Part shown: positions 39,593 through 51,500 of the stretch, in pieces | How positions within the stretch are numbered: position 1 is the first letter of the stretch | Layout of the letters: the number at the start of each line of letters is the position of its first letter | NCBI GenBank assembly: GCA_030141605.1 | Contig: JAQGDQ010000420.1 | Location: forward strand, 62,001-126,000 | Source of the DNA: Tubiluchus corallicola | Taxonomy: Eukaryota > Animalia > Priapulida | Length of the DNA: 64,000 nucleotides | Direction of reading: 5' to 3' | Position numbers and translations under genes: made by a program | Notes under the pieces: model-generated | What the model saw: the letters and a program-made list of their open reading frames with translations, nothing else | Told to the model about the DNA's origin: nothing | Database searches by the model: none

Positions 39593-40945
39593 ATGCCTTT
39601 CTCCATTCCAGAACCATTCGTTTGGGACGAGTCCTTCAGGACTTTCGTAAGTAATTCAACAAATTTCTGAACTGAACTTCCAAGTTTTTGATACTAAATT
39701 CTGCGTATGTTAGCATGATTTGTATTCGGTTATCTTTTGCGTTTTGACGAAAAAATTCTGCAGAGTATAAATGTTCGATTCTATTTTGTTTACTGTACAG
39801 TTCTGTTAACCAACACTGATTCCTAAAAACAGTATTTTTCTTACGCTTTCTCTGCAGTTCATTTGCTGTCTCATGTTGTTCTTGTTTTTGGTATTTATGT
39901 ATTTATTTGGTTTCAGTATGAGCGCATTGATGATGAGCACAAGCTCCTCTTCAACGGCATCTTCAACATGTCCCGCGACAGGAACAGCAATGTCTTCATC
40001 AAGGATTTGTACAGGGTCTGCGAACTTCACTTCGCCCATGAGGAGGTAAGACCATGGAAACACTTGCATATTTTAACAAATTTTAATTTTCAAGCCGTTA
40101 ATTTTAATTTTTAATTTTCAATTATGAAAAAACTGAATTCATTGACTAATAAAAATTTTCATAGCTTTTGTCATAATCTGTCAAATTAATTCCCCACTCG
40201 TTGTTTTAATCAGCATTTTCTTCAGTTTCTTATATATCTTCTCTGGCAATGAACTGGTTTCTAACGGTTAATCTAACTATTTTAACTTTGTTGCATTATA
40301 TATTTCTTTTAATTTTATTATCTAACTTTCAAACATTTCAATTTGAAATTTGATGTTTTAGGCTATGATGCTGAAGTCCAACTTCGCTGACTACACCCCC
40401 CACAAGACCCAGCACGAAGCTTTCTTGGCCAGGCTGAGGCTCGTGAGCACCCCTGTCGACCAGGAAGAGATTGACTACGCAAAGGACTGGTAAGATTTAC
40501 AATTCTTTTCAGTACAGCGTTTTAGTTCAATTGTCAGGCTATGTGACCTCACGTAATTGGTTCCTAAAAGGCGATAGTTTGATTGTATTCCTCCACTTCT
40601 CATATAAGTTTTCCTTCGAGCTTCTTGTTTGCGGAATTCTTTACCTGAAAATTATTTACTTGTTGTATTAACTACAACTTCACTTGTTACAAGATGTAGA
40701 TATCACTTGTCGCATGCGCAGTAGTTGCAAGAGTTTGTTTATCTTGACCTATATTTATGTTTTTGGACTGGTATCTGTTTTATCTCAACACATAAAGTGA
40801 GCCATCAGAAAACTTTGCTTGACGATCTAGTAAAAATTGCGAAAGATTGTTTTCGTCATTGCTAGCAGTCAGTAATCTTCTTCTTTTTTTCAGGCTCGTC
40901 AGGCACATCAAGGGCACTGACTTCAAGTACAAGGGCAAGATCTAA
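39593..40945 (+). CDS. Myohemerythrin-like Hr4 (4 exons, 120 aa)
   Basis: Exons 39593-39646, 39917-40045, 40362-40489, 40894-40945, all GT-AG. Protein: [120 protein letters not shown]. All ligands present. AATAAA at ~41152. Confidence 0.96.
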
Positions 40946-41331
40946 ACAGCTTCTTGCAAGATGTTTGAAGTTGTAACGGGAGTAGCCCGCGTATAATTGT
41001 CAGTAACACCCGACAGATGGCGAAACCTGTTACGATCATGTTCTTCGTCATATCTTTCCTGTTTCTATCAAAAAAATGTTAACTACTTTATTCTTGGAGT
41101 ACCTTAACTTCTACTCTCGATTTTAGTTTCCTTTTCTGTAATATTTTGGTAAATAAACTTATGCTTTCTGCTTATTAAATCAGTTCTTGTTGCTGTTTTT
41201 TTAGAAATCTTGATTTTAATTGTCATTGCACATTTATTATAAAACCGCATATTGCTACAAATTAGTTTCATATATGAAAAGCTTAGACACAGGAATTAAT
41301 TTGTGAAATCAATGTACCATAAAATGACGGC

Positions 41332-41411
<80 letters not shown>

Positions 41412-41465
41412 GTAATAATAATCATAATCATAATAATAATAATGAGAAGAAGAAGAAGAAGAAGA
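41332..41465. repeat. (AAT)n followed by (GAA)n microsatellite
   Basis: Directly visible. Confidence 0.95.
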
Positions 41466-42119
41466 ACTGTTATTAATATTATCCTGCAATAATTCTTTAT
41501 TAACCTCACTAATTCTCTATAATTTGCACGTAAATATTAACGTGAAATTGGTGGCTTGAAATTACATGGTAAAATACAACGGTTACTTATTTGCAGATGG
41601 GAACATTTTATTTTTTCTAACTACACGCTAAATAAATTAGAAAATTTGTAAATTTGTAGGCCGACACAGCCATTTGTTATGATAAAACAATTTTTACAAT
41701 TAAACAATTAAACAATCCCTAGAAGATTACGTGTTAATAATCCGCATAGCGCAAAAGAAAATGGACACAAAGCTGCTCTAATAAACTGCTAATGCTTCGT
41801 AAAGACAAATATGTGATTATTTTCGTGAGAGACAACAGGTGGCCTAGATAATTATCTTGGCCTAGATAAACAACCTGCATGATTTTTATGTTTCTTAGTC
41901 CTGCAAAGGTCACATTATTGAATCGTTTATATTTGGTGCTATTTATTTTATAACACAGTAACAATTATCTTGCATGCATAAACAGAAAAAATATCAATGA
42001 AATTAGAACGAGTGCTTTTAATAAACTGCAATTTATTCTCATCCGTGCCATACAAATCTGCCCAAACCTAGCACCGGTGAGCAAAATGAGGTGATGGCTT
42101 ATTAACTTTATCAAACTCA

Positions 42120-43080
42120 TCTAAGTTGTCCAGCTTATGTTTAAATTGAGTAAGCGAAGTGGCATTTCTAATATCATAGGGCAAACTGTTCCAGGCTTGG
42201 GTTGTTGCACTTGTATGCAACGGCAAAGACTAGTTCTATTGCAACGTGCATGATTCCCTGTGATCATTCCAACTTTGTGTGGTAACAAATTTTCTAGGTA
42301 TGAAGGAGCATGGCCGCTGAACATTTTGCATAATTGTTTAAGTTTATACCGCATGCGTTTGTTGCATAGAAAAAGCAATCACAACTCATAATATTGTTAC
42401 GAAGGCAGATTATGACCAACCCCCTAATGTTAGTAATGGGTATGGTTGAGAAGCCCAGTAATGCAAATGTACCTGTATAAAACAGAACGCATGCTGTAAT
42501 TTGACGATTCCAACCTGGCCTTTCTGTCTGTAAGGGTGAATGCTGTATGTTTGCTGATTTTTATGCAAAAGTCTGTTCACATGTCATGGAGCTACTGGTT
42601 GTGCATTAAAGTTTATTTTACATTCGTATTCATTTTACTTTTCTCGTCTGCTGTAAAGTATTTCATAACTTGTATGCCGCTCTATACATTCTGAGGAGAC
42701 GGACCGGTGCCTGGAAAGGACCCGAATCAGTTACAATATAAACGAAGGTGACCGGTACAAGGAATAGCATGCTTTATTATTCTTGCTGCGTCGAGTTGAA
42801 TATCCTCGAGTTCATTTAACTGCATCACATTACAGTTGTGCCAAACGCAGCAAGCATATTCAAGAACAGGTCAAATGAAACTCAAGTATTTAGAGACATT
42901 CAATCAAGAATGTACATAAAACTGCGTATGATATCGAGTCTGTTTTTGGCCTTACTAATAATTTCATTAATATGGTCAGAGCAATGCGCATTTACAAAAC
43001 AGTAATATGTTTGTGAGATTCTACTTCAATAATAGGTTGAGTATTGGAAGTGTAATAAGGGGTGTATGGGAATAGGAAAC
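42120..43080 (-). mobile_element. CR1-like LINE remnant interrupted by a solo LTR
   Basis: PVLEYACCVWHNC...LEDIQLDAARIIK...HLRLY, then the insertion, then YEL...KMFSGHAPSYLENLLP. Typical CR1 ORF2 C-terminus. Confidence 0.75.
42395..42735 (-). mobile_element. Solo LTR (341 bp) with 4-bp TSD
   Basis: ATAT|TGTTAC...GTTACA|ATAT. Internal AATAAA on minus strand. Removing it restores the CR1 reading. Confidence 0.75.
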
Positions 43081-43435
43081 ATTTTCGATTGCATGGCTTT
43101 GTTGATCAGCTTCAGTTGCTTAGCTTCAATCGGTAGTATGCAAAGGACTTCTAATCATACCATACCCTAGCATAATACCCTGCTGTCTAGAGACTATAAT
43201 AGCGAATGTTAATTGATCTTGTTTCCAACGACATTGTATTAACGGAGACCTCAAACAATAGGCACGTGAAAATGTTTCGATTCACCCTCGGCCACAACTG
43301 CAGAAAACAATATACAACCTTGTCTGTCTGGTGGTAGTGAAGTGTTGCAGTAACTTAGAATTATAACTCTATGTGAATTTTAAATTTACTTTCAAAGCGA
43401 CAAAATAGTCACTGAACAAGCAGTTATTTTATACG

Positions 43436-44647
43436 ATGTTGGAACTGAATTTTAACACAATTCCACGTTTCGTTTTAACAGCATTGATTGCTATTACGAC
43501 GATGTTAATGCTATACTACAAATTTTATTTAGTGATTGTTCTGCAAACTCAAACCCGTCAAAGATATTATTATAGTGACAGATTAGTGAAATACAATGAT
43601 GAAGCACGAATTGGTACGTCTGCATACAAAAAAAATGTGAAGAACTCTGGATACTCAGAAATTAGCAGGGTAAAATCAGGAAAGCAGAAAATCATTCTTT
43701 TCTGGAACAAATTTTTTAAAACCGTGGATTTCAATTTTGGTTTAGGCACAGAAGCGTTTGTCAGATATTGTACAAAAAACTACAAGTATAAAAACTGTGT
43801 AACCACCAATAATAAAACATTGCTGGACAAGGCTGATGCTGTAATTGTCCACTTTAGAAACCCTTTCGAGCCCATTCCAAATGTCACTAAACCTGGGCAG
43901 AAATGGGTTTTTTACCTTCGTGAATCACCTGTTCATTTGGGGCCTGATGGTGCTAAACGTTTAAAATCAATACGAGCAATGTTTCACTGGACTATGACTT
44001 ACAGATTCGATTCAGAATTTGCAGTCAGACATGGCTGGCTGCGTCCGAAAAGGGACTCAGATGACTTAACAGACATGGCAGAAAGAGAGCAAATCTTGCG
44101 TGGAAAAAGTAAACTTGTTGCTTGGCTTGTAAGCAATTGCTACACATCAAGCCAGCGAGAGAATTATGTAAAAGAACTTAAAAAACACGTTAATGTGGAT
44201 GTTTACGGAAAATGTGGACCACTAAATTGCAGTCGTAATAACAACTGCTATCACATGATGGAAGAAAAATACAAGTTCTATTTGGCTTTTGAAAATTCAG
44301 TTTGCCGAGATTATGCTACGGAAAAACTGTACAGAACTTTACGATACAACATAGTGCCAATTGTAATGGGTGGTTCAAATTATACAGAAATAACACCGCC
44401 GCACTCTGTCATAAATGTGAATGATTTCACATCGCCAAAACATCTGGCCAACTACCTTCATTATTTGAATTCACATGATCAGATATACAGAAAATATTTT
44501 GACTGGAAAGACAACTATATTATAGAAGATCACAGCGCCTTCTGTGATCTTTGTGAAAGACTGAACTCTGATTCGTCCAGTGTAACGTATCACTCAGATT
44601 TAGTGAAATGGTGGGTGAACAAAGCCAACTGCATCAGAAGAACCTGA
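43436..44647 (+). CDS. Alpha-1,3-fucosyltransferase (GT10), intronless type II membrane protein, 403 aa
   Basis: N-terminal TM segment; KIILFWN, ADAVIVH, WVFYLRESP, FHWTMTYRFDS, VAWLVSNC, VDVYGKCG; GT10 signature YKFYLAFENSVCRDYATEKL; FCDLC. Confidence 0.95.
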   Translation: MLELNFNTIPRFVLTALIAITTMLMLYYKFYLVIVLQTQTRQRYYYSDRLVKYNDEARIGTSAYKKNVKNSGYSEISRVKSGKQKIILFWNKFFKTVDFNFGLGTEAFVRYCTKNYKYKNCVTTNNKTLLDKADAVIVHFRNPFEPIPNVTKPGQKWVFYLRESPVHLGPDGAKRLKSIRAMFHWTMTYRFDSEFAVRHGWLRPKRDSDDLTDMAEREQILRGKSKLVAWLVSNCYTSSQRENYVKELKKHVNVDVYGKCGPLNCSRNNNCYHMMEEKYKFYLAFENSVCRDYATEKLYRTLRYNIVPIVMGGSNYTEITPPHSVINVNDFTSPKHLANYLHYLNSHDQIYRKYFDWKDNYIIEDHSAFCDLCERLNSDSSSVTYHSDLVKWWVNKANCIRRT

Positions 44648-45054
44648 ATCAGAAGTCTGTTGTTTTGCTCTTTTTGGTGTAGTTCTGTGCGCAAAAGATT
44701 TTGTGACACTCAGTATTGGGCACCGAAAAAGCTAACATGCAGATTCGGTAATTAGATAGCCAGTAATTTAATAGCCTGAAATCTATAGTTTGTAACGTCT
44801 TTTATAAAAATAATATAAATTTACTAAAAAAATAACATCAAATTTAATTTTTTTCTGCACGACTGTAAATCTATGTACAATCAAAGTCTGTCAAATCTAG
44901 ATTTTGAAAAAGATGAAAGGTATGGGAAAAGAAAATTTATGCCATTCCCTGTTATTCATGTAAAAAAATCCAGAGTTCAGAACTAAGTGTTATGAATTAT
45001 AAGATTAGTAATTGATATAGTTATTATTGCATATTTTTAATATCCCTACCTCGT

Positions 45055-45975
45055 GTAAAACTGCGGTTAAACTATTTTGTAATCACTTAAAACTGTGGTT
45101 AAACTATTTTGTAATCACTTAAAACTGGGTTAAACTGTTTTGTAATCACTTAAAACTGGGTTAAACTATTGTGTAATCACTTAAAACTGCAGTTAAACTA
45201 TTTTGTAATCATTTAAAACTGGGTTAAACTATTTTGTAATCACTGAAAACTGGGTTAAACTATTTTGTATTCACTTAAAACTGCGGTTAAACTATTGTGT
45301 AATCACTTAAAACTGGGTTAAACTATTGTGTAATCACTTAAAACTGTGTTAAACTATTGTGTAATCACGTAAAACTGGGTTAAACTATTTTGTAATCACT
45401 TAAAACTGCGGTTAAACTATTTTGTAATCACTTAATACTGTGGTTAAACTATTTTGTAATCACTTAAAACTGCGGTTAAACTATTGTGTAATCACGTAAA
45501 ACTGTGGTTAAACTATTTTGTAATCACTTAAAACTGCGGTTAAACTATTGTGTAATCACTTAAAACTGTGGTTAAACTATTTTGTAATCACTTAAAACTG
45601 CGGTTAAACTATTGTGTAATCACTTAAAACTGTGGTTAAACTATTTTGTAATCACTTAAAACTGGGTTAAACTATTTTGTAATGACCTAAAACTGCGGTT
45701 AAACTATTGTGTAATCACTTAAAACTAGGTTAAACTATTTTGCAATCAATTAAAACTACGATTAAAATATTTTGTAATCACTTAAAACTGCGGTTAAACT
45801 ATTTTGTAATCACTTAAAACTGGCTTAAACTATTTTGTAATCACTTACAACTGGGTTAAACTATTATGTAATCACTTAAAACTGTGGTTAAACTATTTTG
45901 TAATCACTTAAAACTGCGGTCAAACTATTATGTAACCGCTTAAAACTGGGTTAAACTATTTTGTAATCACTTAAT
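45055..45975. repeat. 30-32-bp minisatellite (aaaactgcggttaaactattttgtaatcactt)
   Basis: Directly visible, close to 30 copies. Confidence 0.95.
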
Positions 45976-47521
45976 TAGCAACTATTAATACATTTACTCT
46001 TAAACTAAACTCAACAGTTGTATGGCGTCTTCATATTCTTTTTTCTATTCAGATTACTTTAACTCATTAACTCCAAGATAAAAAACCACCATTTCTCATT
46101 TCTTTTATGATAAATCTCTCTTATCCTCCTTACACACATGTAAACGTGTATATGTGTGAATATACGTGCAAATATATGTGTATATGTATATGTGTGGGTA
46201 TACACGCATATGTATATATATAAATATATGTGGTGTGTTTATGTATGTGTAGGTATGTATGTATACTCTTTATTTCAGTTTTATTATTATTTTTACTTTC
46301 AAACTATAAACAGGTGATCGAAACAAATGGTTTCAGTTGATTTCTGTTTTTTGTTGTTTAGTTCATTTAATTAGTCTTACATTAGGTCAATTGATATTGC
46401 GTATCATGTAATTATATTTCTTTTAATTTTATTACGTTGCTTGATTTTGTCCACCATAAACTTCAAAAATCCCTAAACTGATTAATATCATTAGCATAAT
46501 TAAAATTTTTTTGTCAGGCAAGTAAAATCAGCAGCACAGTATGCACAACTATTTGACACAGGCAACATAACATATATATATAAGTATATGTATATGTATT
46601 ATATTATTACATAAAAACCGTGGTATCTAAAAATCATAGAGGGGTGGCTGCTTCATGACCCCTAGTCTTTCACCACCCTCCTCTATTTTGTTAATATAAA
46701 ATATTAACTATAACTTTTACCTTTGTAATCTTTCTAAAAAAAGAGACAAAAATCTTAAATTGAATTGTACTATTTTTACTAACTTAATTGCTAACGTGAG
46801 CTTTGTGTATTTATATAAAATATTTGTTTTGTTTACAGGGACCTGATGATCGCCAGAACCGAAGTTAGTTGTGTTCGAGTAAATAAAAGTTGTAATAAAT
46901 GAAATTGAAATGCAAAAAAGATATACATATACATACATATACCTAAATTTCGTTAGTGCATATAATCCATTCCGTTTATACAACAAAGTTGAATCCCTGT
47001 CAATCAAATATGCATTAAAAGAAACAACAAACCTCAAAATGTACAGAAGTTTGCAACAATTAAAGTAATTTCTCCAACAAACAATGGATTTACTGCAATC
47101 AATAAAATTCAAGGATTAGGTTGCAGTTTAATTTACTGCAAATTATATAATAAGCAAGAGGCTTTCCGACTTCACAAATTATATTATTAGTTTTTTACCA
47201 AGTTTAGCTTTGAGATGTGAAAGAGATGCAAGTCATAAACGTATCAAACTTACAGCAATAAGCCAACAGTAACTTGTGTTAATCTTTTTAACCTCACAAA
47301 CAGACAACTAAATTATATATTTCAACAAGCAAGAAGTGTATAATGCTGACACATATAGGTGTAATATGAAACCCGATAAACAAATGAACTTCTTTAAATT
47401 TAAAAAATTTATATATTAAATCTGAATACAAAAACTAATAACACCACATTAATTTATTTGTGAGTTTCAAAATATAATTTATAAAAACTGCACAAACAAT
47501 CACTTTTATTTTAAATTGAGA

Positions 47522-48241
47522 TTAACCACCAGAATGTGATATGATGAGCCAACTTATTACAAAATAAAACAAAAATATTGGATAAACTGCAAGTGACTTT
47601 CGCCGTGGAGGCTGACTGTCTGCCAAAAATGCTGTAGAAGCAAATGTAGACCATCCAAAAGCAGAAAGAACTACAATTACTCTAACTGCAAAAAGCCCAG
47701 CACCTTTTTGACTCGGATCATCAGGATGGGGGGCTGCCAGCAAAATGATTGCGTTAATAACGGATGCTAACGTTAGTGGAAACAAACAGTAACCAAGCAC
47801 ACAAACACTCTGAAAGAACGAAAGTGTTCCACCAAGCAATTTGGAATTGAGTGTAACTAGAATTGCACCGACCCAAACCAAGACAAATATTTCTGCAAAG
47901 TGAACTTCTTTTGTGTCGTCTTTGTGGTCTTTGTTATTTGATGAGCTTGACTGTAATAGCGTTGACAATATTAGACAGAGTACCAATGGTCCCCATAAAT
48001 CCCACTCTTTCAACAAAACTTCATTTTGCTTTGGATAAAACACATGCTTGAATTTGACACTAACAGCATTCAAGTCTCTCAGAATTGTAGTCCTGATAGG
48101 TTCGTTCAACGTACTGTTTTCAGTTTCATATTCAGTCTCCGAAGTACTTGCCGCCGCAATATCCCCTTCTAAGTTTAAATCATTGTCTAATAAGGTAAAA
48201 TCAGACAATTTCGATGGATCCACGTCATTCATAGCAGCCAT
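47522..48241 (-). CDS. YIPF6: Protein YIPF6 (Yip1 domain), intronless
   Basis: STLNEPIRTTILRDLNAV, LLKEWDLWGPL, FAEIFVLVWVGAILVTLNSKLLGGTLSFFQSVCVLGYC, PPRRKSLAVYPIFLFYFVISW. Likely start is aaaaccATGG at 48241; the ORF track begins at a GTG at 48286. Confidence 0.93.
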   Translation of the reverse strand: MAAMNDVDPSKLSDFTLLDNDLNLEGDIAAASTSETEYETENSTLNEPIRTTILRDLNAVSVKFKHVFYPKQNEVLLKEWDLWGPLVLCLILSTLLQSSSSNNKDHKDDTKEVHFAEIFVLVWVGAILVTLNSKLLGGTLSFFQSVCVLGYCLFPLTLASVINAIILLAAPHPDDPSQKGAGLFAVRVIVVLSAFGWSTFASTAFLADSQPPRRKSLAVYPIFLFYFVISWLIISHSGG

Positions 48242-48567
48242 GGTTTTTGCAAAAGTACGAATGTTGGCGATGTTCCATCCTGGCACCTGGCACCGGTGCT
48301 TGGTTGAAAATCAGTAATTATTTATCATACTGATACAATTATCTTTTGGCAGTGCCTGCCACGTTATCTGTGATCTTTTTGTCATACATGACATATTTTA
48401 TGTTGTAAATTTAACAAAAACATAATCCATCTAAATGTAAATATAGTAAGGGAAACAAAATCAAAATGAAATAACTGAGTTGACAGCTACACGTGACTGT
48501 GTGGTGGTAACAGTAAATCTAAATGCAGTTATAAGTGAACGATAAATGAAATACAATAGTTAAAAAG

Positions 48568-51500
48568 ATGTCTATTCCTGTTAAAGATGGGCAGTTGCAC
48601 GTGTAACACTATTTTTAAGTTCATTTATTTATTTTATAGTATACGTTCATTGACTAGCAAATTAATGGAAACATTAAAGTTCACAGAATTCATTCTGTTC
48701 GTGTACACACATTATGCACTACATGTACTCGATCGATTGGACTTTCTAAGTTATTGTTGGGAGCGGAATAGTACACTAGGCGAAGTAGGACTATTGGCGT
48801 ACATGGGCTAGTCCAAGTAGGATGTGTCGTAGATGGGCTGCCCAAGTAGGACACTAGAGACATTTCATGAATTGAGTCGTTAACCGGACTCGCAGCATCT
48901 GATGTCTTTGTTCATTTAATAATAATAATTGAAAGTGTCAATACACGTTGAATAATATAACGCCTAAAAACCTATAATACTATGGGAATATGGTGTATAT
49001 TATGCCTGTTGGTCTGCTTTAGGGCCTACAGACGTAAAGACAGACAATAAGCCAGAAAAAAGTAGGAGGTGCGAAAGTGTAGTAGCGCCTAAACGAATCT
49101 TCTTCTGAGCTAGAGAACGGCCAGTATATAAAATTTGCCGTAGATATTAATCTTTTTGATATGAAATAAGTCCACTTTTTAGGCAATTCCAAGATTTGCT
49201 TAAGGTATATCATTTTTTATTTTGTCTCGCTTCACAGATAGGTGATCAGTTTCACTACTTCTTGGACAAATAGTTTTTTTCTGCTAAGTAAATGGGCTAG
49301 TGAGCTATGTGCTCTACATTGTTTCTAGTTTCTCTCTGTAAAACATCAAATACTTCGTTTAACGTTATGAAGATACTAACGGAGCTAATTAATGATGATA
49401 TTATTGCAGTGGTTCCCGCGTACCCCCTGGGGGTACGCAACAGCAATACCAGGGGTACGCAGAAGGTGTGTCAGATCGACACATTTTTTTCTTTCTGTAG
49501 CCAGTGAAAAGGGTAAAATACACCATTTCACAAACAATATCATTCCTGCGCAGTGTGCTAGAAAATACTTTTACCCGCCCACGAAAAGCTTTTATTTTGT
49601 CGCTTTCTCGCTCTTTCGAGAAATGCAGATGGACGACTTGGCTGACCTCTTCGAAGACATGAACTTCATTCTGAAGCTTGCTTAGTTGGCAGACATTTTT
49701 TCTGTCTTGAATGAGTTGAATATTTCAATTCAAGGAAACAACATGAACATTGTCGAGGCTCACGAAAAATTATCAGCTTTCAAACGATTTGTTGAAAAAT
49801 ATCAGGTGGGGGTACGCTGAAGATCGCCACATTTAGAAGGGGTACTTGGCAAGGAAAAGGTTGGGAACCACTGTATTATTGTGAAAAATACTTTTGTAAA
49901 TTGTCAAGGACTATCCATCATTATTATAAAGTTGCTGTTTTTCTAAAACAAATTTAGTTTTAAGTTTTATCTCATAATTCTCGACAGAAATCGCTAGTGC
50001 CTTTCGAGGGCTGCATACTCAGTTGCCCATGTGTGATACTGCTTTTCCGCAAATTTAGCACATGCACTTTAGCGGAAGTGTCCTGCTTCGGCTAGTGGCA
50101 TACTCTGTGCCTTACAATTATGATGTTCGTGCTTCTACTCGACATTCAAGACTTTCATAATTAATTCACTGGCTTTCGTAAAATTAAACATTGATTGCCA
50201 GTACAGAACTTTATACATATTTTCACGGATTAAAATGCTGTTCTAGTTATTATCATAAGTATTTACCGTACATTCACTTAGAATAGAACTTTTGATAATT
50301 CTACAAATGACAGAACACTACATGGGAGACATTTGTTGCAAGCTCGCTGAACATTCCCATGTGCTGCCATGCACCACAGTACATGGCGAGGTCTTGTGCG
50401 GTGTCCTAGTGCACGTGGATGTCGAGCAAGTGCGTATGACCCCACATGTACCAGTCATCGTTTAAGAATTTTTGGATAACCTTTCCAAGCCAGATTTCAG
50501 TGTTAAATCTTATTAAATTTTAGTTCTTTCTAAGTGAAACTTGAGTGTTGAATCCTATTTCCAAGTCAGACTTAGGTGTTAAAACTTATTTAGCAATATG
50601 GTACATACACATTTATACGTCTATAGCACTTACATGAATTTTCTTATAATGTACTAACCTCGAAAACTTTGCGATATATGCGATGGGTACAGACAATGCC
50701 AGATATATGTTCAGAAATATTTAGGTCGGGCTGGCCATCACACTGGCATTGCACATTTATAGTGGAAGCAACTGACGACTTTCTGCAACAAATGCGAAGA
50801 TCTCCCGTATCGCTAGTACTGCCCATATTGGATATTCAGCTAACTTGGCATTTTTACATCTCAGTCTAGCCTTTATAGGCATGAAATAACCAATTAATTT
50901 GTCAATTTAACAGCTCCGTCACAGCTCTGCCCACACATTTACTGAATTTGTATTAAACGATTCAGATAAAGACTACAGCACCTACAATACTATTGTTGTT
51001 GCATAATTTGCATTTGAACTATATGAAAATTTAGAACTTGAGCAGGTCAACTTGGAACGGCACTCAGTACGTTAATGGCATTTCTCTTTCTCCATATGAA
51101 TAGTAAAAGAATGAGCTTTGCGTGAGCTGAATTTTTTTATTGATATGATTGAGGAGACTGTGATTATGAAATACCCGTGCCTTATTGACAGTTAGGTTTG
51201 GAGTCAAGTACTATAATTTGTGTTTGGATCAAATACAAATATGTTTCAGCACTATCAAGCAGAAGCAGAAGTATAAGAATACATCCAAAATTTACCAAAT
51301 GACTTTAAATACAAAAAATATATTTATTACCAGTTCATGACTATACTTTTATTCGTCATCACCACTTACATGTCATTGATGAATATTTTTCAAAATCTGT
51401 CTCCGTCAAGCTAAGCAGAGAAATTGATGAAAGGACAAAATATTGAAAGCAACACTGGTAGGATAGCAGTTTTTTGGATCAAAATAATTGTTAACAATTT

